Of a stretch of 64,000 bases of DNA, positions 12,942-26,640 are shown piece after piece (within the stretch, counting starts at the first letter, position 1; every line of letters begins with the position of its first letter). The position numbers and the translations under genes are program-made. The notes beneath the pieces are model-generated. The model saw only the letters and a list, made by a program, of their open reading frames with translations, made no database searches and was not told where the DNA came from. The stretch comes from Octopus vulgaris (taxonomy: Eukaryota): contig OX597815.1 in the NCBI GenBank assembly GCA_951406725.2, positions 135,718,001 through 135,782,000 of the forward strand. Direction: 5' to 3'.

Positions 12942-13001
<60 letters not shown>

Positions 13002-13019
13002 TACATACAGATATAAATA

Positions 13020-13055
<36 letters not shown>

Positions 13056-13107
13056 TGTATGTATGTATGTATGTATATGCGGATATATATATATGTATAT
13101 ATATGTA

Positions 13108-13193
<86 letters not shown>

Positions 13194-13210
13194 TGTGTGT
13201 CTGTGTGTGT
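12935..13210. repeat. Compound (TA)/(TATG)/(TG) microsatellite
   Basis: Visible. Confidence 0.95.
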
Positions 13211-13680
13211 AATTTCAATACGGAGCAAATAATTCACGAAAAAATAATTTGCGAAGATATTGATTCTGCTGTTATCAGTTTTATGTTGTTACACTAGATA
13301 ATAGCAGAGGCAATGATATCTTCATTAATTATTTTTCTCGTAAATTATTTGCTCCGTATTGAAATTATTTTCACACTGGTGGCTGCCATGATTTTGGCGC
13401 AAAACGAATCAGTTGCGGCGCAGACTTTCCACACGACGGGTTGGGGCGTTCTATCATGGTAACGCGTGCTGAGGATGGTTAGGCTATTATGTCAGTCCAC
13501 AAACCGGTCTACGTGAGTCCAAATACTTGAATGTATGCTGAGAGATTGTCTTAGCCCGTTTGCCTTTGGACAGTTGATTTCTATAGTTATTATCAGTGAA
13601 TTTTGGTGATTTAAATATGTCTTGACTGGTATTTCCAGCAGGTAGACATACTTAGTATGTCCTTTGATTAATTTTAATGC
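13211..13680 (+). mobile_element. PLE pseudo-LTR fragment with 5' inversion and near-canonical hammerhead (13465-13513)
   Basis: 13211-13365 is a fold-back (AATTTCAATACGGAGCAAATAAT ... ATTATTTGCTCCGTATTGAAATT). Motif CGUG-CUGAGGA-UGG..CCA-CAAACCGGUC-UACG carries G12->C. Confidence 0.7.
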
Positions 13681-13685
13681 TTCAG

Positions 13686-13802
<117 letters not shown>

Positions 13803-13809
13803 AGACAAA

Positions 13810-15640
13810 AGATATATGCAGTTTGTGGCATATCATACCATGATCCACTTTATGAAAAGTTTTTGCAAATTCATGGTATATTTCGTCCACATTTGAGTTG
13901 TTGAGTAACTGCCTCAACACCCAGTCATAGTGCTGTAGGAGCTGAGTCAGGCAACTCCTACCTGGTCGGAAACCATACTGGGTATCACACAGCATGCCAT
14001 TTTCTTCAAAGAATGCGACTAGTTTCCCTCTGACTGTTCATTCTATGACTTCACTGTTGTGTGAAGTCAGAGAGATAGGTCTGTAATTTTTGGCATCTGC
14101 ACTGCTTTTTCCTTTATGGATTGGGCATATTATACCCTCCTTCAGTTTGCTTATCAGCCTGCCATTTGCAAGGAAGCTCTGGAAGAGACTCTACTGTGGT
14201 TTCGCCAGGGCAGGCTTACACGATTTGAGGAGGATTGCTGGGAAACCATTAGGGCCAGTAGTTGAGTTTGCGTCCACGTCATATATGGCTAGTATTATAT
14301 CTTCAGCAATGTCGATGTAATACATTGTAACTGTTTCGCAGGTTATAGGTGATGCGGCAAAGAAATCCATTGGTTCTTTCACTTGTTTGTGTTCCAACGG
14401 GGTGGTAAAGACACTTTTGAACTGGTCATTCAGTAGCTCACTGATCCTGGTTGGGTTATCTGTGAGGGAGCCATCCTTTTGGAAGAGGGGTCCTATTTTG
14501 CAGCGTACTGAGGCTGTTTCTTCGGCATAATGAATGACGGCTTTTAGGTTTGACTTGATACTTTTTATAACGCAGGCTTGTTTGTCTGCTCTCACCTTCA
14601 AAGAAGATTGTTGCAGCCTTTTTTCAGTTTTCATGAGTGTTGTTTTTATGCAGAACCTTTCACTACTATTGGGATGTTGCTTAAAGGAAATTGCAATCTT
14701 AACCCGTCATCTCATGAGGATCTTTCTCTCTCTTGGAATCATGTTCCTTTTTGTGTTAGTCTTCTGCTCTGGGTCATTTTTCTGGCATATGGTTTGCATA
14801 ACAAACATGAACTTTTCTAGTTTCATGCCAATGTCTGATGTGGAGAGATATTCCGGCCAGTCCTGTCTAAGGATCTCCTCTTAGATCGATTTCCAGTCTG
14901 CTTTGTGGACAACTCCACCATACCTCCTTTCCTTTCTGTCTGTTCGTAGTATAGTATATTTTGGTACGTGTACTTCCGCATCCTCTATATCTGATTGGAG
15001 AGCTTTTAGGTGCTTCCTTTAGGCTGTATATATCTTGTTACTTTTGGTCCATACATAGACAGCACTATTATATTGTGATCCGAAACTAATGTCGGTGTCA
15101 CCTTCACATCATGAATGATGTCCACATTGCTCGTGAAGCAGAGATCCAATATGCTATTCGCTCTAGTTGGTCTGAGCACAACTTGCTCCATGAATAGGAT
15201 ACTGGTGAGGTTGAGGAGGGCTTCCACCTGTACTTGTTTGCAATAAGTCATTCCTGAGAGCATGAGGCCCTCGAGCCATTTGATATTGAAGAAGTTGAAA
15301 TCACCCATAAGAAACATGCTTATGCGATGTTCCAGTTTAATGAGGATTTCTTTCATTCTTTTGAGGCAATCTTCAAACTTGCCTATGTGGTTTGGAGGAT
15401 GGACGATATGTATTGCATATGACGATATTGTGTTGCCTTATGTATACAATTAGAGTGTCTCGTACTGAATTTGAGTATGACAATAAGACCTGGGGTGTGA
15501 GGTCCTCACGGATGCATATAGCAACTCCACCATGGCTCCTTTCCCTTCTTTCTTTTCGTTATTTGGTATATTCTGGTACGTGTACTTCCGCATCCTCTAT
15601 ATCAGGCCTCAGATGAGTTTCCATGAGTGCTATGCATAGG
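13810..15640 (-). mobile_element. CR1-group LINE ORF2 remnant (APE endonuclease plus RT N-terminal half)
   Basis: MGDFN, PTRANSILDL, SDHN (APE); TGPNGFP, NYRPISLTS, QYGFRPGRSC, FAKTFHKVDHG (RT). Confidence 0.92.
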
Positions 15641-17564
15641 GATTTGATTGTGTGCAAGCAAGGTCTCTCGGGAAAAATATTTTGCTTTCGCTGTGTGTCT
15701 GTGCCTATGCCTTTGTGGTTTAGTTACGCAGTGCGTATATGTGCGTGCTTTCCGTGGTGTTGTTGAATGTAAATGTATGTCATATGTTTGTTTTTATGTG
15801 TGCAAGTTAAGCTATTGATATGCAGTTATCAAATGAGCTAAAGGAATGTTAATATTATAATTAAATGTCTAATCGCATAACGCTTTTGGTTTAAATTTTC
15901 TTGAAGGAAGTTGTGCATATACCAATATGTACTATTAGGTATTAGATTGCTGAATAAACTTAAATACTAATGTGAAATTGAAGAGTGTCTGGAAGTATGC
16001 GTATGTGTAATTGTGTGTGTGTGTGCATAGGAATAGTGTCTGCTAGAACGTGTATGTATGTGTGCCTCTTTTAGTATAATTGTATCAAGTTTATTTATTT
16101 GGGCGGACTTTTATAAGGCAATGACTTAGTAAATATCTGATTGACTATAAAGTTTTAAGTTTCTCGAATGTATTCTTGTTATGCACTTATAATATTCTAA
16201 TTCTTAATCGTCGCTACACGAGCTTGTGCTACACACACACACATACACACACACACACACACAGACACATTGGCAGACACCACACGCATCTGCATTAAAA
16301 TGCAATGAAATATAAGAAGTTAAATATAATTATTTAGGTTAAATTTTAATTTTAGTATCTATATGTAACATTTGTCTGCTAGACACACATAATGACATAA
16401 ACGTTAACATGCATGCTTCTCTTCCACTCTCCCTTCCCTCCCTTCGTTATCTCCTCCCCTCTCTCGCTCTCTCTCTATCTATCTACAATTTAAAAATAGG
16501 ATAAAATCTTTATAAGAATTTATCAAGTAGTTAACGTGAAAAACCTCATAAGGGAAAAATATTAAACAGCAGTCTTGTATAGATATTATCGCGACAAGTA
16601 AATATAAGTTTTAGTTTAACATTTTGAATTATTAAATTTTTCCTAAAAATCTTCCCTATTCATGTTAAAAAGCTAAATATTCCTTACCATAGTTTTAGTA
16701 AATAAACTATTTTACCTCTTCTCTATAATGTTCTACCAATGCTTATTTCATTTTATTTTATTTTATTTTTGAAACTAGCTCTTATTTATTTATATATTTA
16801 TAAAATTACTCTAAGTCTTGTATCTCTATAAATTTCATACTCAGCTTATATAAAGCTATGCTGGTATATTCACTACTTAAAATAAAAAATCTGCTTAGAC
16901 TAAAATTTTTAATATATAATTAACATGTTCTTTCACCTCATTTTTCACCTCATTAATCAATAATTAAAGATAAATGGTAAGTTAGTATTTAAGTATATAA
17001 ATATTGAACTATTTCTATATTTTCTGTCCCTGTATTGTGTAAAATTTTGATAAATACTGAAAGTATTCATAAATATTCTTCTTAATAATCTTTGGAGTAA
17101 CCCTAAACATTATCTGTATATACATAGTAGCATTGTTTTATAGTAGTAAACTGTAGTACTATATGATAAGACTTTCCCTGTCCCATTAGCATTGGTCTGC
17201 TTAATAGCAGCCAACATCTTGTTTGAAGTATTCTCTCACTAAACCTCATAGCATTGCTTCAAATAAATCTTGATTTATGGCTATGCCATTTAGAATGTCT
17301 ATCTACTCTACCTCACCTCAAACTGATACTACCCTCTGTCTTCTCTTAGATTTGATAAACTAGTCTATAAAATTAAAACTGATCCCGTCCCGTAATCAAA
17401 ACTAAATAACAGAAATTATCAGTGAAAAGCAGTGTCTTCTTTGAAAAGGTTTCAGTTACAACTGTTGGTAAAACATGTTCTTTGTTTATCTCCTTATCCT
17501 CTTGGAGATTTTGGATAAAATTATACTAATGTGTCCTTCAAATTTAATTAAATTCTATGTTTTT

Positions 17565-17653
17565 GTGCAGCTGAAGATTGCTCTACAGTTTAAATTGATG
17601 TAATGATTGCATTGTTCAATTAAATGGAGTCGCATGAAACGATCGTATTGCAT
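17565..17653 (+). ncRNA. Type I hammerhead ribozyme motif
   Basis: GUGCAG-CUGAAGA-U UGC..long stem II..GCA U-GAAACGAUCGUA-UUGCAU. 6-bp stem I, palindromic stem III ACGAUCGU, intact core. Confidence 0.85.
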
Positions 17654-17809
17654 TACCTCTGGATATCCTTGTTTCTCATTTTGATTTTAATCACCTTATT
17701 TTAATATGTATGGATAATACCATACTAAATTCTGGTGCCTCAACTTAAGTACCATATTCATATGAATCTAAATTATACATACATATATATATATGGAGAG
17801 GGGAGTGAG

Positions 17810-18015
17810 GTTTGTTTGTGTTTGTGCCCACCACAGCTTGACAACTGGTGCTGGTGAGTTTACGTCTCCGTAACTTAGCAGTTGGACAAAAAAGACCGAT
17901 ACAATAAGTATCAGGCTTCAATATAAAAAAAGTACTAGGTTTAATTCGACTAAAAATTCTTCAAGGCGGTGCCCCAGCATGGCCACAGTCTAATGATTGA
18001 GAGAAGTAAAAGATA
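17810..18015 (+). mobile_element. SINE family A, 3' half
   Basis: GCTTGACAACTGGTG..TAACTTAGCAGTT..AAGGCGGTGCCCCAGCATGGCCACAGTC. Confidence 0.85.
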
Positions 18016-18279
18016 AACATTTAAGATATAATGTTTTTTTACTAGGAATAGTTTGCTGTTGCTTTGAAATGGCCAGTAATGATTTTGCTCTTGGTGTATA
18101 AGTGTGCGGGAGGTGAGTATGGAAAGTAATATATTTGAAAAGGAATATATTTGAAAGATACTCATGTGTTTGGATTGTGGTATTAAATTCAAAGTGTGCA
18201 GTAAACATAGAGGCCATTTTCCCTTTTCAAAGTCATCTTGCTTAAGAAGGAAAGAACTGGAGGATTCTACAAAGTTTGG

Positions 18280-18810
18280 TGTAGATTCTTTTGATGGGGC
18301 CAAAATTATCGACAATAGTTTGAAAGGAGGGTGTATTCGCGGGCCGTAAGATCCAGAGGAATATACTTCGTAATATTTTTTCTAAATTCTGAAGTATTCT
18401 CTATCTTCACCAAACTCTTCAGACCCTTACTTCTTAGAAGTCTACTTACTGATCATAGTAAATATGTCAAAATTTATGCCATTCCCAAGAAGGGAAGCAG
18501 TTCTGACACAACTGGCAATTGTCGAACGGTATTCACTTGCAATATTTCGAATGTAACCGAGACAGTTATTTGCAACAAACTTCTTTATACCTGGAATCTC
18601 TATTCTTTCTTTACTGCTCTCGTAAAGCAACAGACCTTCTCTCATATGTCTCTCACCAGTAGACTCTTACTAAAGAGAAATTCAGTGAAAATAGTACTGC
18701 AGCTCTTGATATTAGCAAAGCAACTAATCGTGTTTAGAATGCAAATATTCTGGTATAACTCTCCGACCCTGTGCTTCGTCTTTTCCTCGTCTTTTGAATC
18801 AGTGGTTTCC
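18280..18810 (+). mobile_element. Old LINE RT remnant
   Basis: IPKKGSSSD..NCRTV, NVTETVICNKL and ALDISKA are degenerate RT domain 1-3 motifs. Confidence 0.65.
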
Positions 18811-20504
18811 TTTCAGCTCACATGTTTGCGGTATATACGAAAGTCCCTCATAATCACCATCTAATAACAGCGACATAACTTGCTGTCACCCTCAAGAACG
18901 CCCACTATAATTCTGATGATTTATGTTACAAACCTGTTGAATATTTTAAAAGGTTTATGACTGACCAAGCTAAGTCATACCTATTTCGAAAAAGCAAACC
19001 ATGTTCTTGTGGAAACTATTGCATAAAGTAACCCCCCCCCCAAAAAAAAAAGCAAAATAAAGCAAAATAAAACAAAACAAAAACACACACACCACTGCTG
19101 AGTCAGTAATTTTGAAAACTTTTTTTGTGTGGTCGTAAATATTCTGCTAAGCAAGGATAGGAGAACATTTCTTTTACCATTCTATGTCAGATAACAATAT
19201 TAGTCGATGCATACAAGATTCTTCTGAAGAAAGACATGAGTCATAAATGATAGATAGTATTGGAGAATTTTATATTTTGTAATCCTTTTGGATGAGTCAT
19301 CGGCCAATTGCAAAAGCTAAGCTTCTAGTATTGTAAGTAATAAAGACATCATAGAACAATCTATATTTTGTACGTTTCTTCCAGAAACAGCATAAGACAC
19401 TGATATATCTGATGTTGTTGGCTGTTATCTTCTCATAATTTGTCATGGAAAGCATGCTTCAGCATTTCCTCGGACATTTCTCCGTCTATGATGGGAAGAT
19501 TCAGAGATTTTCAGTGTTGGCCTTGCAAAAGAAGCCCGAGTTTGCTTTTGCATTTTGTTTCCTTCGCAGACAAACTCTTGTTTCAAGTTCTTTAACTCCT
19601 AAACCACAAGATACTCACAAAATACTGAACGAGATTCAAAAGGTTTAATTACTTCAAGTGGTTTAGACTTAAAGAAATCAAACCCGTTACCATATTCTGT
19701 TCTTCTATGGAAGCAGCAGAACGAACAACTATTGCACACGGAAGAGAGATAATTATCTCAAGAAGAATATGATTTCAAGATTTTATGGACTGAGAGAAAA
19801 ACGTTTACTTCTTTTTTTCTTCTTTTTTTTACATCAGAAGAGTCAGAGCTGATTGTCCTTCTTAGTCATGAAACGTGGTGCTGTAAAGAAGCATTCTTAA
19901 CTGATATTTTCAAGCATTTAACGCACTTAACATGAATGTGCAGAGAAAGATTGAAAATATCCGTACTTGTAATGAATAAAATTACCCCTTTTAATGAAAG
20001 AAAAGAAAAACTATTGTGAAGAGTAAAATAAAATAAAGAAAAATGAAAAAGAAAGGAATAAATAATCAAAAAGTCAAACTGAAATGCTTGAGCTAACAAA
20101 ATTCATAAAGCTGGACAAAAGCCCCATTGAAATAATTCTGCAATGATTGTAACCGCTGAGTAAAAATATCGAATGTATTTCTTTGACATGATGCATCTTG
20201 AATTGAGTGGCAGAGCCATTTATATTAAATGTGAGTGAGTCAGCTAAATTTGCTGTTCCAGATTAATTAAGGGAAATCAGGTACAAGAGAGGATTGAAAA
20301 TGCATTGCTGTTCAAGACACATTGCTTCATTCCGGCTGTTGCTTTGTCAGGAACATCCTATTATCGTAATGTATGTGCTTAAAGTACTTTCTCTACCATG
20401 CATTGTAGTCTAAGTTGACTATGAAGTTAATTCATTTGTAGCAAATTACACAAAACCGAAGATAACTTACACTATTCTCATTCGCTGGTCTAATCTAATA
20501 TTAT

Positions 20505-20962
20505 CCATCCATCCATCCATCAAAACCTACCTACCTACGTACGTACGTACGTACGTACGTAAGTACCTACCTACCTACCTACCTACCTACCTACCTACCT
20601 ACCTACTTACTTACCTACCAGTCTACCTACCCACCCACCTACCTGCCTACCTACATACTACCTACCTACCGACCTACATATCTACATATCTACATACATA
20701 CCTACCTACCTACCTACCTACCTACCTACCTACCTACCTACCTACCTACCTACCTACCTACCTACCTACCTACCTACCTACCTACCTACCCACCTTACTA
20801 CCTACCTACCTATCTACCTACCTACCTACCTACCTACCTACCCACCCACCCACCTACCTACCTACCTACCTACCTACCTACCTACCTACTCACCTACCTA
20901 CCTACCTACTTACCTACCTACCTACCTACCTACCTACCTACCTACCTACCTACCTACCTACT
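20505..20962. repeat. Long (CCTA)n microsatellite with (TCCA)/(CGTA) segments
   Basis: Visible. Confidence 0.97.
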
Positions 20963-21088
20963 TAACCATTCGGCTATACAACCATCAAATACCTTTATCT
21001 AGCTGACACAGCTGGGGTTTATCAAGTGGTATACAGTTAGCATTACCAATTCTAGAGTTCACAATTCCTGTTCTACAACCATCTAGAA

Positions 21089-21307
21089 CAGTGGTTTTCA
21101 ACCAGGCTTCCGCGGGACCTTACGGTTCCGCCAGTACAGTGCAGGGGTTCCGCAAGAAGTTACAAAACTGCTAAAATTGGCAGTAATTTTTAAGTCTCCT
21201 GTGCAGATATGTGTGCATAAGACTATTAAATTATTGCACAGGGGTTCCTCGAGCCAGTGGAATTTTTCCTTGGGGTTCCGCTCCCGCAAAAAGTTTGAAA
21301 AGCACTG
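21089..21307. mobile_element. hAT (Charlie-type) MITE
   Basis: TIRs CAGTGGTTTTCAA and TTGAAAAGCACTG, a perfect 8-bp TSD ATCTAGAA (21081-88 and 21308-15), and internal GGTTCC subterminal repeats. Confidence 0.92.
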
Positions 21308-22002
21308 ATCTAGAAACAACCTCAGCTGCCTCAGTACCCATCTTCATGAATATTGATTTAGTCTATCCAACCTTACTTGAATATGTTGTTTATAACATGA
21401 TGCTGTAGACTGCGGTAAACATCCCATGAAATCATCTCGTGTAGGAGACAAATGCTGAAAAGCATAGATTATATTGGTTGGCGAAATTTCGTAAGCAACG
21501 GCAGATGGCACTGTTGTATCATTTGATTTCAATTTGTGCTTTACAGCAATTATCGTTTACAAATGGTGACTTCACAGTACGTCCACCGCACTCTACAGCG
21601 TTATAAACAACACAAGTTAGATTGGATGTGCTTATTAATATTCGTTACAAAGGCCTCTTCAGTCACTGATAGCTTATCCATTTTGATGGCTTATGCTTAC
21701 TTGTCCCTCTGGTGGCTAGTGTATTCTACGCTGTAGAGAAGGACTGGCCTGCAACAGTCTGCATCCCACCTCAGTTGTCAGTTGAGTCCCACCTTGCTTG
21801 CGAACCATTTCTGTTGGCTCAAATCAGCTCGGTCAGTATATTTCATTTTCATTGTCTCAGTTGCCTCCCTTAGTTTGTTCCTCGCAGGGATTGGAGGAAT
21901 AGAGCTATTTGCTTGGATACAAGTTCAGTCCGAAACCATGGTGATATGTGTGTGTGCGTGGGTGGGTGTGCGTGTGCATGTGTGTGTGTGTGTGTATGTG
22001 CG

Positions 22003-22043
<41 letters not shown>

Positions 22044-22961
22044 ATGTGTGTATGTGAGTGTGCGTGGATATATACACATATATAGACGTTGTTTGCACGC
22101 ACGCACACACACGCATGTATGACACACACACGTACACACATTCAGAGTGGCCAGTGGCATGTATTTGATAAAAGAATTAGGAATAAGTTGAATACCATAC
22201 AAGACACATGATTAATTGTCATACAAGATTCATTCTTGATTTGTTGAATTAAATACCATATAAGATACGTTCTTTATTTGATTTAGTTGAATTTATCTTG
22301 TAGAAGAGTTAGAACAACTACCTTAGGAATTAGGATCAATCTCAAATTAAGGATTAAGGATTCTCTGCTGCTGACAAACATTTGTGTCAATTGCATGCAC
22401 ACTCACACATATAAGCATTTAAGTATATGCGTATTTGCAGTCATGCATTATGCATATACGTAAATAAACATATACATAATCATATATATTTTACACATAC
22501 ATAAAAAAAACTAACATATACATACGTATGTATACACATACATGTATTTATAAAGCTTGAAATCCCAAGAAAATTATCTTGCTGAAAAGAAGCTCGACAA
22601 GCTCTGAGATGACTAAATTTAAAGTGCTGGGCCTGTTATGGAGATCCACGTGGAGCAGTAAAGAAAATTAAAACTTGAGGTCTTATTGTTGTTTTTTTAA
22701 AGCGATTGTAGCTATCACTTAATTTCATGATTTTGTTATAGACGTCGTTGCCACTGTCATCATTGCTGTTGTCATCAATTTCCCATTGTTGTCGGCATCA
22801 CAACCATAATCTTCGGTAGGACCATGATTCTCATTACCACTATTACCATTATCTTCATTATCATCATTACTGCATTCTCACCAAACAGCATCACCACCAC
22901 CACCACCACCACCACCATTACCACTACTACAGCCATCATTCTTCATACATGCGTGTGTGTG

Positions 22962-22991
<30 letters not shown>

Positions 22992-22993
<2 letters not shown>

Positions 22994-23640
22994 GGATAAA
23001 TGTAAAAAAACACAAACTGGGACAAGAACGCAAAACATTTAGAAGACGATGCAAAAAAAAAAACGGACGGGACATTCGAAGCCTTCGATCTTCAGTCAAA
23101 AACCGAATCATCTTCGCAATTTCGGCTGATTAATTTTGAGGTTGCTCCGACCTGGCCAGCCCCAAAGGAAAATCTAAGCCAAGCGCATTAGATTCCTTGG
23201 AAGAAAGCCTCGAATGTATACAAAACAAGGACGGAAACGAATAAGAATACAAAAATACGTAAAAATAATAATGATAACACGAATAACAATACGAAAATAC
23301 GTAAAAACAATAATGATAATAATAATAACAAAAACAGGACGTTACAGACAGGTTTCTTTTCGACAGGACGGGTGAACTTGAGCTGGCGCATTGAAAAATT
23401 GCCTAAAGGCGAAGAGAGAAATAAAATGTGTCTGGCCTATACGGCTGTTGATCACGAAAAGGCAGGACAGCAGTCCAAAAGTTAGTCACGTGTGAGCGGG
23501 ACAGAGGATGAGAGAAAAAAGGGGAACAAGGAACAAAGGAGGAAGAGGGGAGAGAGAGAGAAAGAGACGGGTCAAAGTGGAGTGCAAAGTGTGAAAGGCA
23601 GAGAAGTGTAGGAGAGGGGAGAAAGAGAGAGACAGTGTTG
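22992..23640 (-). mobile_element. Unclassified interspersed repeat, PLE pseudo-LTR-like
   Basis: Starts at a (TA)n junction with an A-rich low-complexity style like the other pLTR fragments. No clean hammerhead found. Confidence 0.35.
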
Positions 23641-23885
23641 TAGAGTCAACCATGTATTAGAGAAAAAATGTATATTAACCCTATATTAAATTTGACATTT
23701 GGAATGTTACGAGGTGCCCACTACACTTTATCCACTAGACGATGTAGTTGTTGGAAGGTTAGTTCATGCATTCTGTAAGGATTAGTGAATGAAGAACAAT
23801 ACTGCACGTCGAAATGCATATCAATAATGTTTTCTGGAAGACTTTCAGGTTGTAGAATATGGACTACTGCTACAGAGTAAAGGGT

Positions 23886-24165
23886 AAAGACCCCCTCCGA
23901 TCATGAGTGGCCATGGGATTGCACCTGGAAAGTTCTCCTCCGAGGTGCAAGTTTGGGCAAAGTTATTTATGGAAGACCAACAGTCACCCATGAATATCAG
24001 CCTCCCCTCTCCATCTCGCAGATGTTATTCAAGGGAAAAGCAAAGGTCGATACAGCTTGGCACCAGTCTTGCTCAAGAATACATCACACAGCTCTTTCCA
24101 GGGATCGAACTCACTATCTCATGATTGTGAGCCCGACGCTCTAACCACTGAGCCATGTGCTTTCA
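23886..24165 (-). mobile_element. tRNA-derived SINE family E (internally deleted)
   Basis: Homologous to 1741-2061. Head GCACATGGCTCAGTGGTTAGAGCGTCGG..GTTCGATCCC. Confidence 0.85.
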
Positions 24166-24786
24166 CTTTACTACCACAAGCCTTTAGTCTAAGAGTGTTC
24201 CTGCACGTGGTAGTGTGATTCTACATATTTGAGATAAACTCTTCACCCATGACGAGTTGAGAAACCAGCAACCGAACCAGTTCGAGATTCATGCCAGCTG
24301 ATGAAACCCTAAAATATGTACTTGTTAACTCTTTTGCCTTGATGACTTGTTAATTCATTGAACAACTGTCATCATGAGCGGAACTGGTCCATCAATCTGT
24401 GAAGTCTGCGTTCTTTTGGTAAAGAAGGACCTGTGGCCTTTATTTAACCGGCAGCTATAGCGAAAATAGAAGTGCAGTGGCCGCTGTTAAAAGGTCCGAG
24501 GGCAGAGATTTCGAGTACCTTGAATTGAAGAGTGCGGTGAAAGTAGAGCGAGAGATACAGCTCTCTAACCAATTTCCTGAACGAGAATGAAATTGGCACA
24601 GTTAACATAGCTAAATGTGTCTAAATGTGACTGTAGTTTTGTGGCAAGCACCTCTTGTATTCGAAGTGTCAGTGTAATGCAGCTTTGTGTGAAGTGTTTC
24701 TGAGTAACCTGACGTAACTGATTCCTATTTTCAGCTTCTTCCTCGTTGTTTTAAACCTTTTAAAAATATTTATCTATTAATATATA

Positions 24787-25190
24787 CTCTTTTACTTGTT
24801 TCAGTCATTTGACTGCGGCCATGCTGGAGCACCGCCTTTAGTCGAGCAACTCGACCCCGGGACTTATTCTTTGTAAGCCCAGTACTTATTCTATCGGTCT
24901 CTTTCGCCGAACCGCTAAGTGACGGGGACGTAAACACACCAGCATCGGTTGTCAAGCAATGCTAGGGGGACAAACACAGACACACAAACATATACACACA
25001 CACTTATATATAGATATACATATATACGACAGGCTTCTTTCAGTTTCCGTCTACCAAATCCACTCACAAGGCATTGGTTGGCCCGGGGCTATAGCAGAAG
25101 ACACTTGCCCAAGATGCCACGCAGTGGGACTGAACCCGGAACCATGTAGTTGGTTAGCAAGCTACTTACCACACAGCCACTCCTGCGCCT
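24787..25190 (-). mobile_element. SINE family A, full length and young
   Basis: Near-identical to 45603-46018 in reverse orientation. Confidence 0.95.
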
Positions 25191-25945
25191 ATATCTTTAT
25201 TATTATTGTTGATACAACCCATTTACTCAATAGGAATCGCCAAATGATTTTCTCTTCTTTTGCACTATTCTTAACAATATGACAGAAGAGAAATACCTCA
25301 AGGAAGAGTTCGGAATATTAAATATAAATACGGCGAATTCTCAGATATATACAAGATGTCTCGTATATGTAATATTCTAAAAATTGGGGCCCTTCTGGCC
25401 TATACAAGAAAGTATCACCACCGATTTAAAGGCTATCGGCTAAGAATTTAATTGCTAAGAAGGTCAGTTAGAAGTTTATCAATTCAAGGTAAAAGTTTTG
25501 TTTGAAGAAAAGGAGGTCGGAGGCTTATGGAATCTAACCATTTGAACTGATGGAAAGAGCAGAGTGTTACGGTTTAACTATATATACGAACGAAAGTTAT
25601 ATAAAAATATTTCAAATTCTAGACTCGACTTGTGTAGCCGTAAGGAGTGAATTTATTAAAAAAAAATTCTTCTTATAAGTAAATTTTCAACGAAATTAAA
25701 TGAACTTTATTGTCGCAGTGAAAATCTTTCTTTATATTAAATTTAACAGTTAGTAATACGTAACTATATTGAGTAATATAAAATAGAGTGTTGTAACATT
25801 CGTACATTACCTTAAGTCATTGTCTGTAACTGTTAATATTAAAAGTTCGTCAGCTTGAATCAAATCCCGAAAAAAAATCACTCCAGTATTTTGCTTCACT
25901 GTAGAAGTTGCCCATCTACTTTATATTAAAACATTTAACATTTCT

Positions 25946-26523
25946 TATTTCTTTATTGTCCACAAGGGGCTAAACACAGAGGGGACAAACAAGGACAGTC
26001 AAAAGGATTAAGTCGATTATATCGACCCCAGTGCGAAACTGGTACCTAATTTATCGACTCCAAAAGGATGAAAGGCAAAGTCGACCTCAGCGGAATTTGA
26101 AATCAGAACGAACGTAACAGCAGTCGAAATACCTATTTCTTTACTACCCACAAGGGGCTAAACACAGAGGGGGAAAACAAGGACAGACAAACGGATTAAG
26201 TCGATTATATCGACCCCAGTGCGAAACTGGTACCTAATTTATCGACTCCAAAAGGATGAAAGGCACAGTCGACCTCAGCGGAATTTGAAATCAGAACGAA
26301 CGTAACAGCAGTCGAAATACCTATTTCTTTACTACCCACAAGGGGCTAAACACAGAGGGGAAAAACAAGGACAGACAAACGGATTAAGTCGATTATATCG
26401 ACCCCAGTGCGAAACTGGTACCTAATTTATCGACTCCAAAAGGATGAAAGGCAAAGTTGACCTCGGCGGAATTTGAACTCAGAAGGAAGCGGCAGACGAA
26501 ATACCGCTAAGCATTTCCCCCGC
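25946..26523 (-). mobile_element. Tandem trimer of SINE family B (188-bp units)
   Basis: Three body+B1-tail units with junctions at 26133 and 26321 (AAAGAAATA|GGTATTTCG on the minus strand). Confidence 0.92.
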
Positions 26524-26585
26524 AATACTTAGATTCGTATACACAACATATATGCTCATTGCGTTGAGTTCTTTTTTGTTTCTTC

Positions 26586-26635
<50 letters not shown>

Positions 26636-26640
<5 letters not shown>

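Noticed and set aside
19200-19800. Coding-like composition and 67-aa ORF 19445-19648
   Set aside because: No recognisable motif; probably an old TE relic that I cannot classify
23740-24740. Possible ancient LINE 3' region on the minus strand around SINE-E; a similar hint at 61560-61900
   Set aside because: Only faint motif echoes, too decayed to call
25946-26523. Regularly spaced repeats suggestive of CRISPR or satellite DNA
   Set aside because: The units are whole SINE bodies with no unique spacers, in a eukaryotic context
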